From Jimgerdemannia flammicorona (Eukaryota): a stretch of DNA of 37,747 nt. The first letter of the stretch is position 1. Each line of letters opens with the position of its first letter. Positions 11,901-22,242 of the stretch are shown here, piece by piece. The stretch spans positions 1 to 37,747 of the forward strand of contig RBNJ01000182.1 of assembly GCA_003990765.1 (NCBI GenBank), written 5' to 3'. The notes beneath the pieces were generated by a model that searched no databases, was not told the origin of the DNA, and saw only the letters and a list, made by a program, of their open reading frames with translations. The position numbers and the translations under genes were made by a program.

Positions 11901-12639
11901 GCCAATGTCCAGGCCTCTCCTCATTTCCCCCAAACCTCCCCCCTCCAAGTAGCCCCCAGTGATCAGACCATGGACACCATATGACTTCCAGTGCCAATCA
12001 GACATCTGTTCTCCAACACTCTGCCATTAGTACCCAGTCAATCCTGGAGCCCAGTCCTGCCACCCAGTGGGTGTATATCTGCCGATCAGCCCAAAAATGT
12101 CTTCCTAAGTCTACTAGAGAACACAACCTCTCCATCTCCAACCAGTCACCCAACCCACCACTTTCACTCCACACGCCTCTCCCTCTATCAGTTCTGTCCA
12201 GCTCCTTATCCCATACCATGTTGAAGTCACCCCCCATACAGTCTACTCCAACTTCTCCCAACACACCAGCCTCTTTCAATCTGCGGATCCATTCCACCCT
12301 CTCCCCTCTCTCAGCTGGGCAGTAACAAGACCCGACCATCAGCGGGCCCCATCCAGGCCTCTTCCACACTCCCCACACCACCTGAGACCCCCAATGTCCA
12401 ATGTTCCCAATGTCCCCCATCCCTTTCCAAATGAGAATACACACTTTCCCCCTCCAAACTGCTGTGCCCCCCCATTCCTTAGTCCAATCCTGTAAGTCCA
12501 CATCTGCCTCATAACGAACATCCTGCAGTAAGAAGAGGTCTGCATCCAGTCCCTTAAGCCAACCAAATATATACTTCCTCCTAGCTGACCCCTGTAGCCC
12601 ATTAACGTTCAATGAGAAAATCCTAGTTGTATTGTTCAT
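8977..12639 (-). pseudogene. LINE ORF2: APE endonuclease + reverse transcriptase + C-terminal CCHC
   Basis: SLNVNGL, GGDFN, RIDWV, SDH; APGEDGLP, WWPIMLLDIDRK, LDQEKAYDRV, GVPQGDPLSPILY, FADD, YLG; CENC...EHWLGKC. Broken by stops. Confidence 0.95.
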
Positions 12640-12670
12640 ATTGAAGAAATGTTGCAATAGAGACCCCAAC

Positions 12671-14588
12671 CTATAATTCCATGCTCATCTCATCTCCCAT
12701 CAGATCCAAGTACCGCTCAGCTTCCAATTCACCCTCTGCATTATCCTGAGCATCCAGTGCTCCCAAGATTTCCTGACATTCCACCCTGTCCACTTCCTCC
12801 ATATCAGTCCTGTAGTCCAAGCAGACAGTATGCCACTTCTCCAGTCCCTTCCTCGAATTCCACAAGAAAATTGCTCTGTCACTCACAATTCTCCTAAGTT
12901 CCTCTTTCCACTGATCATCAACCTGATACTCAACTGACTCCAGGAGGACCGCCAGGATCTCATTCCTCATCTTCCTTGGCACCTCCTCCTCCTGTAGGAT
13001 CTCCTCCCAATACTTCTCCTCCAACACCCTGAAGTCCTCACCCCCCAGCTCTTCAGCTGCTACCCCTTCCAAGGTCTTCCACATCTACTTCTCCTCATCC
13101 ACTGCCTCTGCCACCCCCTGAGTGATTTGTCCTCCATCCACCTCGGGGTCTACCAGTACGCTCCTTCTCACTGACTCATCCCACTCCTCATCTGGCACAT
13201 CCATTAGCTCCTCCTCTCCCACTGCCCCATCTGGAACACTATACTGAGAGTGCACACCCTCACCCATTTCAGCATCCACCTCCAAATTGCCCTCCCTCTC
13301 CTCCCCACCTCCGATCCATACTCTGCCCTGTACCATCTCTCCCCCCTCAGCCCAGGTACTCTCCTATGACCCTGCAACTCTCTCTCCTGAGCTCCCACCA
13401 GCCCCACCCCCACCCAGCTTCATCAACAGCTCCTTCTGGATCCTCCTCCCCTACATCTTTTCCTATGCCCCCTTCTCTATCCAGATCCTCTTCCTATCTA
13501 CCTCCCCCATCACCATCCTGGCCTCAAACTCCTGCCAGGCCAATCTCCTCCTCGCCACTGCCCCTTCCAGGTCCTCCAGCGCCTCCAACAGATCCTCCTC
13601 CTCCTCTAGAGTCCCCTTCACCCTGGTGACCTTACACTCCACCAGTCTCCACCTCAGTGCTACTGGCCAGTCCCTTGACTTCCCCATATTCTCCTTCCCA
13701 GCCAGCTACACCCTGACATCGACATCGCCAGTTCTAAGCTCTGTGCCCTCCCAGACCTTGAACCCAACATCTACAATCTCACCATACTTCTTGACTGCCT
13801 CCACAACCAACTCCCTGGTCCTTTCCTTTGACACAGTCAGGAGGTCCAATACCATCAACTGCACCACTCGGGGGTCCCAGCGCATGCACCAGGCCATAGG
13901 GACCACAACTCTGCCCACCATCACCCCCTTCTCCATAGCTGCCAATAAGGTGTCTTCCTCCTCAAACCCTACCTCAACCCCTTCCTTATCTCTCAAGAAC
14001 TTCACCAATGCTGCTCTCTTAGCCTCCTGCGCCACCAGCCCCAAAATCATCCTCACCGTCACTGCCAAGCCCCCTGAAGCACATCATGACTATGAATTCT
14101 GACCTCGACTTCTTGAGTAATAGGGCCAACACTATGCCCATCACCCCATCAGCCAGGTCCCCAGGCCTCATGCCCACTCCAAGTTCCAAATTGCCAATTG
14201 CCATCACATCTGGATTTTTTGCCAGATCCCCAGTCACAGCTCCATCAACAGTCACATCTCCAGCCCCTACTCCGGCCCCTTCCCTACCACCAGAGGTACC
14301 TCGGGGAGCACCTTCCTGACCCCCAGCAGTAGCCATCGATGTCTTCCCCAGTCCCAGCCAACCATCTAGCCCAGAAGCCATCTTTTCCATTCTGACCTTG
14401 TCAGCAAAGGTCGACCTCTCCCCTCCTCTCTGCCTCAGACCACCCCTTCCTCTGCCACCTGGGCCTCGGCTAGCTATCGAGGCCCCTGGCATCCCCAAAC
14501 CATCTCCCCTCCTCCCTACCTGCTGCCAGCCAAAGGTGCTGTCACCCCCCTGGCCAGTATACTCACCAGTTCAATCGTTGCTATCCAT
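12671..14588 (-). pseudogene. LINE ORF1 (Gly/Arg-rich N-terminus, Glu-rich helical C-terminus)
   Basis: Chain of minus-strand ORFs (14019..14498, 13706..14068, 13463..13687, 13085..13336, 12671..13084) upstream of ORF2, colinear with LINE copy 2. ATG at 14588; stops and a frameshift near 14070. Confidence 0.8.
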
Positions 14589-14676
14589 GTTGTTAGTCGT
14601 TGGACACCAAAAACGTTGTAAAAAGTGTTGTCTGAGTCTTGTGTCACCCAAATGTTACTGGTGAAAGGTCCGCTTG

Positions 14677-15744
14677 TTCCTTACCACCATCGCAACCACC
14701 TCTCCACATTCATTAATAAAGATATAGTTCTCTTCATCATTGGTTACTCCTGCTGGCCAATGGACCCCTTGGTTGAGTACGATTGACTCTGATTCGAATA
14801 TAGACCCCCAAGCCTTGATGACGATGCTGGTACTACTCATGCTGAATATCTTGCCCTCAAATTTCTCTATTTGATCAGATACCGAACGTGGTTGAACTCA
14901 GATAACTTTGAACTCTCCTTTCAAATAGAACTGAGCCCTGATCTGAGGGACCAAGATAAGTATGCAGATGGGTTGCATGCAGGCAGGTTGTGTGTAGGCG
15001 GGTTGCAGGCAGGTTGCATGCAGGTGGGTTGCATGTGGGTGGGCAGGTTATGTGCAAACGGGTTGTATGTGGGTTACATGCAGGTGTGGGTGTTTTTAGG
15101 GGGAGACCATATAAAAATGAAATTAAATAAAACATGGAGATGGGTATTTCAGAAAAGAGTGTGAGTGAGTGAGCTGCATGCTGACGAGTTGCATGCCGAC
15201 GAGTTGCATGCCGACGAGTTGCATGAGTTACACAAGAATTGCTCACAAAGGCTTGCTTCTATTCCTTTTGAGACCTCCACCACGCGATACATTGACTCAA
15301 CAGCTCAGCCACCAAAGGCATGCCCCACAACATCCGCCAGCCTTTCTTCATCTTGACCAGATGTTGCGAATAAAGTCAGCAGATCTTGCCATAGAGCTAT
15401 AGACCCTAAGAAAAGCATGAGATGAATTGGGTTGTGCTGGGGAAGTTTAAATAAATACAAGTAAACAAGTGGCAGCCGAGTGAGCAACCTACATCTACTA
15501 TCGGCTGCTCCAAAAAGGCTGCCACATACATAGCTGTGAGGTCTGTGAATTCCGAGGTCTGAAGGGCTGCTGTGAGTTGTTGCCAGAATTCTCCCTCATC
15601 TCCACCATTGCCATCACCACCACCACCACTGTCACCCCTTTGGCTCTCGATGAGCAGCTTGTGTGCTGTCCATATGAGAAAGAATCTAACATTGTCAGCA
15701 GAGAGTGTGTTTCCACCTCAAATACTCCCTCTTTTGACAATCAT
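14677..15744 (-). pseudogene. 5' exons of the hAT cargo gene
   Basis: Exon ...IRAQFYLKGEFKVI*VQPRSV...MSSTSIVIKAW...IFINECGEVVAMVVRN joins in frame to MVVRNLYGD (8883) once the LINE is removed. Upstream exon candidates lie at ~15405-15250 and 15744-~15490, with TGA stops at likely CGA sites. The splicing model is partly uncertain. Confidence 0.6.
14968..15227. repeat. Minisatellite-like GGTTGCATG(C/T) and GAGTTGCATGCCGAC repeats in a probable intron of the cargo gene
   Basis: Repeated 12-16-bp GGTTGCATG units at 14968-15085 and 15-bp units at 15170-15227. Confidence 0.7.
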
Positions 15745-15944
15745 TGCAGGGTGAAAAATGAGTAGACTGGACCAACGTATGAATTAAGGGCTGCTGTTTT
15801 GTTTGCTTGTGATGCAGCAGGAAAGAACAAAGAAAAAGAACAAAGAAAAGAGAGAGAACAAAGGAAAGGGTGATGTTACCAAAGTGCGGCAGAAAAAAAA
15901 AAACAAGAGCGAAATGAACAAAAGAAAGGGTGACATCACCAAAG

Positions 15945-16140
15945 ATTTCAATCTGAATGGATCAATCTGGATGGGTCAATCCAGATGGATCATTCAGATA
16001 GATCATCTGGATAGATCAATCTGGATGGATCAATCCAGATCAATCTGGATCAATCTGGATCAGATCACGAGACCAATTCAAGTTGATTCAAATCCATCAC
16101 ATGATGAATCTGAATCGAATCTTATCCGGATCAACTCCAT
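15945..16140 (-). repeat. Right subterminal repeat array of the hAT
   Basis: Repeated GATCAATC(C/T)(A/G)GAT and ATCTGAATC motifs next to the right TIR. Confidence 0.75.
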
Positions 16141-16163
16141 TCATTCAGAGCACTAAATAGGAC

Positions 16164-18620
16164 CTTTTCTCTGATTTGGATGAGTTTTAGGGTCTTGTGA
16201 TTCTTTTCTGCATTTTTCTTTATCAGCACTTGTGACTTGATAATATAATCTTCAGCCTTCTTTCTGATTTGGTATAGTCTCCAGATTTCTGCATCAACTT
16301 GTCTCTAAGTTAAGTCTAGATTTATAGCTGAGGTTCCATCAGAATCTTCTTCTCCAAAGAGCAGTTCTCTTGGAGTAAAGTGTGTACTCTATGACTGTAT
16401 ATCTCATAGAACAGAGAGAGCAGTTGAGAGGTAGTTATTCCAATTCTTGTATGTCTCTGAGATCTTTGCTAGAATGTTCTTGAGGGTCTTATTGGTTCTC
16501 TCTATCTATCTATTTCCTTGAAAGTGGTATGTAGTAGTCTTGATGTGCTGAATCTTTTATTTCTGATATATTATCTCATAGAATCTATTGACAAATTCTG
16601 TACTATAGTCTGTTGCAATTTGCTTCAGTATCTTATAGTGGCAGATAATTTCTTAGTATAGGAAGTCAGCTATAGAGAGGGCATTGGCTTCTTGTAATGC
16701 TCCTGCTTCTATCTATTTTGTAAAGAGGTCTACAATAACTATAATATAGTAGTTTTCTGATAGTATTACTGGTAGTGACCCAATAATATTCATTGTAATG
16801 TGGTAGAAGGAGATAGGCTCAATTCTTGATGACCTAGGTGCCTGGTCTTGCTGATCTTATTTCTGTTTTTGATACTTATCATACTCTTTGACAAATTGGT
16901 GTAGGTCTTCTTTTATTTTGGACCACTACATGGTTCTTCTTGCCTTGTCATATATGTTGGTTCCTCCTAGGTGTTCTTGCTCATGTACTTTCTTCATTAC
17001 TTGATACTTCTTATGTTTAGGTATTACTAGCTTTCCTCCTTTTCTGAGTATAGTGTTGTCTAGTTCAAACTGTTTCTAAGTCTGGTTGATGATGGTGATT
17101 GTCCAGAGTTCAAGGTGATTGAGTATCTTCTACTGTCCAAGATAGCTGATTAATCCATAGTATAACTCCTTATTCATGTTAAATAGTCTTGATGGGAGTG
17201 TTTCAGGATGTCCTTGAGAGTGCATCAGTATTGGTGTTGGTTCTTCCTGAGCAGTGCTTGACAGTATAGTCATACTCTTGCAGTCTGTAGATCTATCTGG
17301 TATATATTTCTTTGAGGTTCAGAGTGTGGAATAGTCAGATAAGAGCAGAATGGTCTGTTTGAATGGTGAAGTATTTCTCAGCTAGATAGTAGTAGAACTT
17401 ATCTACTGCCCAAACTACTGTTAAGCATTTGAGCTTGCATGACTTGTAGTTCTGTTCTGCTCTACAGGTACCTTAGCTTACATAGGAGATGACATATTCA
17501 TGTCCATCTTTCTTCTGAGCTAAGACTACTCCAAGTTCTATAGCACTCACATCTGTCTGCAGGATGAATTCTAGGTTCCAATCTGGTCTTCTGAGGATAG
17601 GTGCTTGGGTCAATCTGGTCTTGAGTTTATTGAAGATTTCTTGGCATTTCTTGGTCTATTTAAATTTGGTTTCCTTCTTCAGTAGCTCATAGATAGGTGT
17701 TATAATTTTAGAGTATTCTTTGATGAATCTTTTGTAGTAGCTGGCCAGTCCAAGGAAGGCATGGACTTCTGTAGTTGTTCTGGGTCTCAGGTAGGCTGCA
17801 ATAGCCTCAATCTTCATAGGATCTGTATGGATTCTGGTCTGGTTGATGAGGTGTCCTAGGTAGGCAATTTCTTGAGCTACAAACTTACATCTCTTAGGCT
17901 TAATATAGAGGCCATACTCCTTGAGCTTCTTGAGAGCTAGCTGTATATAATTGATATGTTCTCATGCAGTATTACTGAAGACAATCACATTGTCAACATA
18001 GATAAAGAGTCATTTTCCAATCTTATTGCTGAAGACTCTATTCATCATTCACTGGGAACTTACTAGGGTATTGCACATTCCAAATAGCATTCACAGGTAG
18101 ATATAGGTGGCATCAGATATGATGAAGGCTGATTTTTTGAATATTTGATAAGAGCTGCCTATCCTTCTTGGTAATTATATTGAGTTTTCTGTAGTCAATG
18201 CAGAGTCTTGGTGCAAACTCTCCAGGTTTACTTCCTTTCTTTGGGGCAAGGACAATGGATGAAGTCCAGAGACTGATAGCTTGCTTAATAATTCTGACTT
18301 CTTCTATTTCCTTGAGTTCTGCTTGCAGTTATTCTCTATAGATAGGTAGTATAGATCTGGCTTTCTGGTAGAGTAGATGGGCTTGGTATCACTAGTGTCA
18401 ACTTCATAATAGTACTTGAGTTCTTGATTGTGGATATCCCTGAAGTCTGTAGTAAGTACTTCTTTATTCTGGTGCAGGATCTTGAGAAGTTGTTCTTCTA
18501 GGGGAAAGTTTTCTCTAATGATATATATATGCTTAATTCTTACAGGGGTGACTCTTGTAGTCAGGGTAGTTGTTGTGGTGGTTGTTTGTTTTTCAGCTTG
18601 AAAGTGAGGGATTCATCTTG
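16164..18620 (-). pseudogene. Element B pol relic: reverse transcriptase, RNase H, integrase
   Basis: RT: WTSSIVLAPKK..RLCIDYRKLN, MLFGMCN, YVDN (YVDD). RNase H: FILQTDVSAIELGVVLAQ, TDHSAL. Integrase: HEQEHLG (HHCC relic), VDLFTK, HFQGNR*IERTNKTLK. Internal deletion in RT. Confidence 0.93.
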
Positions 18621-18627
18621 AATCACT

Positions 18628-18642
18628 AGCCAATGGGCACCA
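18628..18642 (-). promoter_or_regulatory. Putative primer-binding site of element B
   Basis: Minus strand reads ...TGACA|ACT TGGTGCCCATTGGC, with TGG 3 nt after the LTR end. The tRNA was not identified. Confidence 0.65.
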
Positions 18643-18645
18643 AGT

Positions 18646-20235
18646 TGTCATATAGTAGTCACTGAGTCCTTCAAATATGCTAGATTCTCTTTAAGGTATA
18701 TCTCTTAGACTAACTCAAGTTTGTTATAAGCAAGTTCTTATTGGAGTGCCTTCCCAAGGTCTTATAGTCCTCAAACTTCTTATCTTTAACTGTCTTGTTA
18801 TCTCTTAGATTGCTTACAAGAAAGTGTGTATAAGTAAACTTAACTAACATTATTTTAGAGGAAATAAGAGAGGTATTTATACAAAATATAATTCAATGGT
18901 TGCTAAGATATAAAGCTAAATATAAATTCCAATAACTAAAATAAAATGCTAGAACAGGAAAAACTACTAAGTTCCAGAGTTAGCACTGATGGTTGTATAG
19001 GTTTAGGATACTGGTATAATTTCAGTAATATAGGAAAATAGTGCTGGAATAATTCAGTATCACATCAGAATGCTGGTGCTGACATAATTCAGTATTACAT
19101 CAGAATACTAGTGCTGGCATAATTCAGTATTATATCAGAATACTGGTGCTGGCATAATTCAGTATTACTAAAGAACTTTAAAGCAGAATATTCAAGACTA
19201 TAGGGGCTTTATCCTCATCAGAGGTCAAGATGTCTTCAAAGGAGATGAGGTCTACAAATTTATTATCATTATGTATCTTATATATGTCATGCAGAATGAT
19301 GTCATTGCTGATGATGTCATTATGTTCAGTGGTGGCAGAAATAAAGAGGTCTGGGGCTCTCTAGTCTATAAGGTTCTCTTCTACAAAATAGGGGACAAAT
19401 TTGGGGTCTTAGAGAGGTCTAACCTGGATACTTGGGCCTTAGAATACTGAGATCAATCCTTGCAGGAATTGGTCTGGGTTGTCCTGGAGGATAGAATACC
19501 AGAAGTCTTCTACTTTGTCACTATTGAGAGTGATAGTGGACTGGACTTCTGTAGCTACTCTGACTTCTAGTATATTGATATGGCAGGCTGATAGATCTCT
19601 GAAATCTGAGACTCTAACAAACTCTAAGTTAGGGATCATCTATAGTATATATCTGAAGATCTGATATATCTTCTTAGTTATCCTTATTTTATATATATCC
19701 ATAGGAATAGTATCTTGTAGCTCTTGAGTGCTAGCTTGTGGGAACTCCCAGCAGAGGAGGTTTCTTATTTTATACTCCTGCCATATTTGGAGGTATTTGG
19801 TAGTAATGGTGATCCTTATTTCCATTTTATAGTAGTAGAGGATATAATAATAAAGGTCACTAGTACCCAGGTTGATACTAGGAGTCCTTCTTGAGCAGGT
19901 CCTCATGGCTCTTCTGATGTCTTGGAATATTCTTTCTTCAACTGAGATATCTTGGTGATTTCTTGACCTTGAGGTTTGGTGAGCAGTAGGCATTTTGTTT
20001 GTAGTAAGTCTTTGAGCTATTTTGGGATTAGTGGGTCTTATTGGTTACTGCTACTATAGTTCCTTAATCCTTCTTTTATATTCCTCAAGATACTCATACT
20101 ATGGTCACAATGACTCACAGTTGGTCATCATTACTTATCTTATATACCATATGATCTTCTTGTACTCCAATCTAGTAGCTTGTAAGAAAAGGCTATCTCC
20201 TGTACTGATGTTATCATTCTGGGGTCACCATTATA
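18646..20235 (-). repeat. 5' LTR of element B (1590 bp)
   Basis: Colinear direct repeat of 1926-3480; ends TGACA before the PBS. Confidence 0.9.
19178..19993 (-). pseudogene. 272-codon LTR(U3)-encoded ORF, family B 5' LTR copy
   Basis: ORFs 19640..19993 and 19439..19639 are contiguous in frame; the 816-bp span equals the 3' LTR copy. Confidence 0.7.
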
Positions 20236-20430
20236 ATATAAATTATTATATATATAATCTTCTGAGTTTTTAGTAATAATATTTAAGTTACTTTAGACTT
20301 TTAACTAAACTCTAAAAGTCTAACTATATAACTTCTATTTTATTAAAAACTAATATATAAATCTAATAATAAATATCTTAAAATCTAAATTATAAGAAAT
20401 TTAATCTTTATATAGTATAATATAGTAGAT

Positions 20431-20970
20431 TAGTACTCTAAACAAGTCAATTTAATCTAGATTAGATTCAGATTGGATTTGGATTAAATCCTATCTAAAT
20501 CAACTATTGTTTTGATTTCCAAATTAGACAATTAAATGTTTATATCAATAACTTGATAAATAATTATCCAATTTTGATGATTTTAGTATTATTTGAAAGC
20601 TCTTAATAAGACCTTTCTAATGATACTAAGAATATTAAAATTGGAATATGCATTACTGAGTTATCAAGAAAAATATCTGACTCACCAATTTTAGAAATTA
20701 TTCAACTTACTGATTTTGGAAATTTCTTCAAAAGAACATTTTTCTTAATAGCTTGGTAATGTATAATCTGATTTTAATATTCTTAGTCTCATTAGAAAGA
20801 CCTTATTAAGGACTTTCAAATGACATCAAGATTATCAAAATTGGATAATTATTCATTAAGTTATTAATGCAAATATTTAATTGTCTAATTTGGAAATCAA
20901 AACAATGGTTGATTCAAATTGATCTAGATGGGATTTGAATCTGATCCAGATTAGCTCATTCAGAGTACTA
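20431..20970. mobile_element. Non-autonomous hAT-family fold-back MITE (540 bp)
   Basis: Termini TAGTACTCTAAACAAG / CTCATTCAGAGTACTA resemble the TIRs of the large hAT. Long imperfect inverted arms at ~20495-20675 and ~20735-20920. Flanks TAGTAGAT / TAGTAGTA are an imperfect 8-bp TSD. Confidence 0.8.
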
Positions 20971-20971
20971 T

Positions 20972-22242
20972 AGTAGTATAAGTATATAACCTCCAAGCCA
21001 CTAAAATTGTATGTCATCCTTAAAACCAATTCAGAAATCATATATAAGACTACAAAACAAGTTACTAAAGAGATCACCTAGTTACACAAAATACACCAGC
21101 AAGTATAAGAACTTACTACCAAGATATAAGAATACCAAAAAAAGTACTATAATCATAAGACTGACTCTAAACTTCTATAACTAGTTTTGGTATACTATAT
21201 TATTATAAAAAGAAACTAAAGTATTAAACTCAAATAAAGATGAGAAGAACTCTATCTTATCTATCAAAGGTTTATAAATCATACTTATTAACTTAAGACT
21301 AAGATACACTGCAACTATATAAGACCTCATCACTTAGTAGAAGCAAAATATATTTGAACAACTCTGTTTACTCTATCTATATCACCTCTGTTGAAAAATG
21401 ATAGATATTTCATCTGAACTCAAAAAAGCCAACATTGTTGAAACCAATCTCAAGTTCATCTATATGATAGATATTACTACTAAAAATTGCCTCAAATTAT
21501 AGAAAATATCATTTCTGAGAGGTTTGAATCTCTAGTCATAACAATGAGAGCCCTCACCCTAGACAAGGATGGCCAGTTCTTGCAAATGTGCCAATAGTTC
21601 AAAAAAAAGAGAGAACCAAGACCTATTATTCTTGTACAACTACTACTACTGAGGACAGCTTTAATTTTGCAAGAAATAGAGATAATGATACCTTTGAAAC
21701 TAATGATATTAGAAGTCAGAAAACTGCTCAGACCTTATCAGAGATGATGTTATCAATAGTAATATCATCAAAGACTACCCAGATAGTATCTAAATCTATA
21801 GATAGCTTAGCAGTCATTAGTATAGTTAGATTAGTCTCATATGACATAACTGTAATCTGACTCAGCAGTCAGATGATCTCTTAATATATTAGATCACACT
21901 TATACTATATGACTATATTCTGACTCAGCAAGGTACTAAGTACTATATCTATATCTAGCCTAGTCTAGATAGTCTCTCATTAGTATAAATACCCCCTCCC
22001 CCAGACCTCAGAATCTCAGACTTGAATATATAAGAACAATCTTGAACACTTTCTCATAATATCCCCTCACACAACTACTCTCAGTATAGTAATATCGTAA
22101 ATAGTAAATAAATCTATTTAATAACTCATAAACTACTCTTAAGTAAATCTATACCCCATTAGGTCCCACTTCTAACTATGTTATAAAATTTCCTAATTGA
22201 GTATTGTCTGCAGTGATATACTAATTCAACTAAGCTGGTCTT
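20972..22242 (+). repeat. 5' LTR of chromovirus-like element A (copy 2)
   Basis: Both ends match LTR A copy 1 in inverted orientation; TATAAATACCCCC at ~21984 and AATAAA at ~22107. Confidence 0.75.

Larger units (their letters stand above)
8884..14676 (-). mobile_element. Full-length L1/Tx1-like LINE (copy 1)
   Basis: Poly(A) tail (T run 8883-8909) preceded by AATAAA, 14-bp TSD TTCCTTACCACCAT at 8870-8883 and 14677-14690, and ORF1 plus ORF2. Confidence 0.95.
4027..16155 (+). mobile_element. hAT DNA transposon with cargo gene and nested insertions
   Basis: Perfect 15-bp TIRs TAGTGCTCTGAATGA (4027-4041) / TCATTCAGAGCACTA (16141-16155), 8-bp TSD AATAGGAC at 4019-4026 and 16156-16163, subterminal repeat arrays at both ends and a hAT transposase inside. 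Confidence 0.95.
1926..20235 (-). mobile_element. Ty3/Gypsy LTR retrotransposon B (LTR-PBS-RT-RH-IN-PPT-LTR), interrupted by a hAT element
   Basis: Direct repeats at 1926-3480 and 18646-20235, PBS-like TGG next to the 5' LTR, PPT next to the 3' LTR and RT-RH-IN domain order. Possible ATAT TSD in an AT-rich flank. Confidence 0.9.

Noticed and set aside
9100..14664. Plus-strand Pro/Ser/Thr-rich ORFs (e.g. 13287..14102)
   Set aside because: Antisense shadows of the G-rich LINE coding strand.
14871..16156. ORFs such as 14875..15246 (HATRR repeats) and 15803..16156
   Set aside because: Translations of minisatellite, A-rich and subterminal repeats.
21990..22242. Tf1-style self-priming duplex
   Set aside because: Only ~5 nt of complementarity (AGACC/GGTCT) was found near the presumed TSS, which is insufficient.
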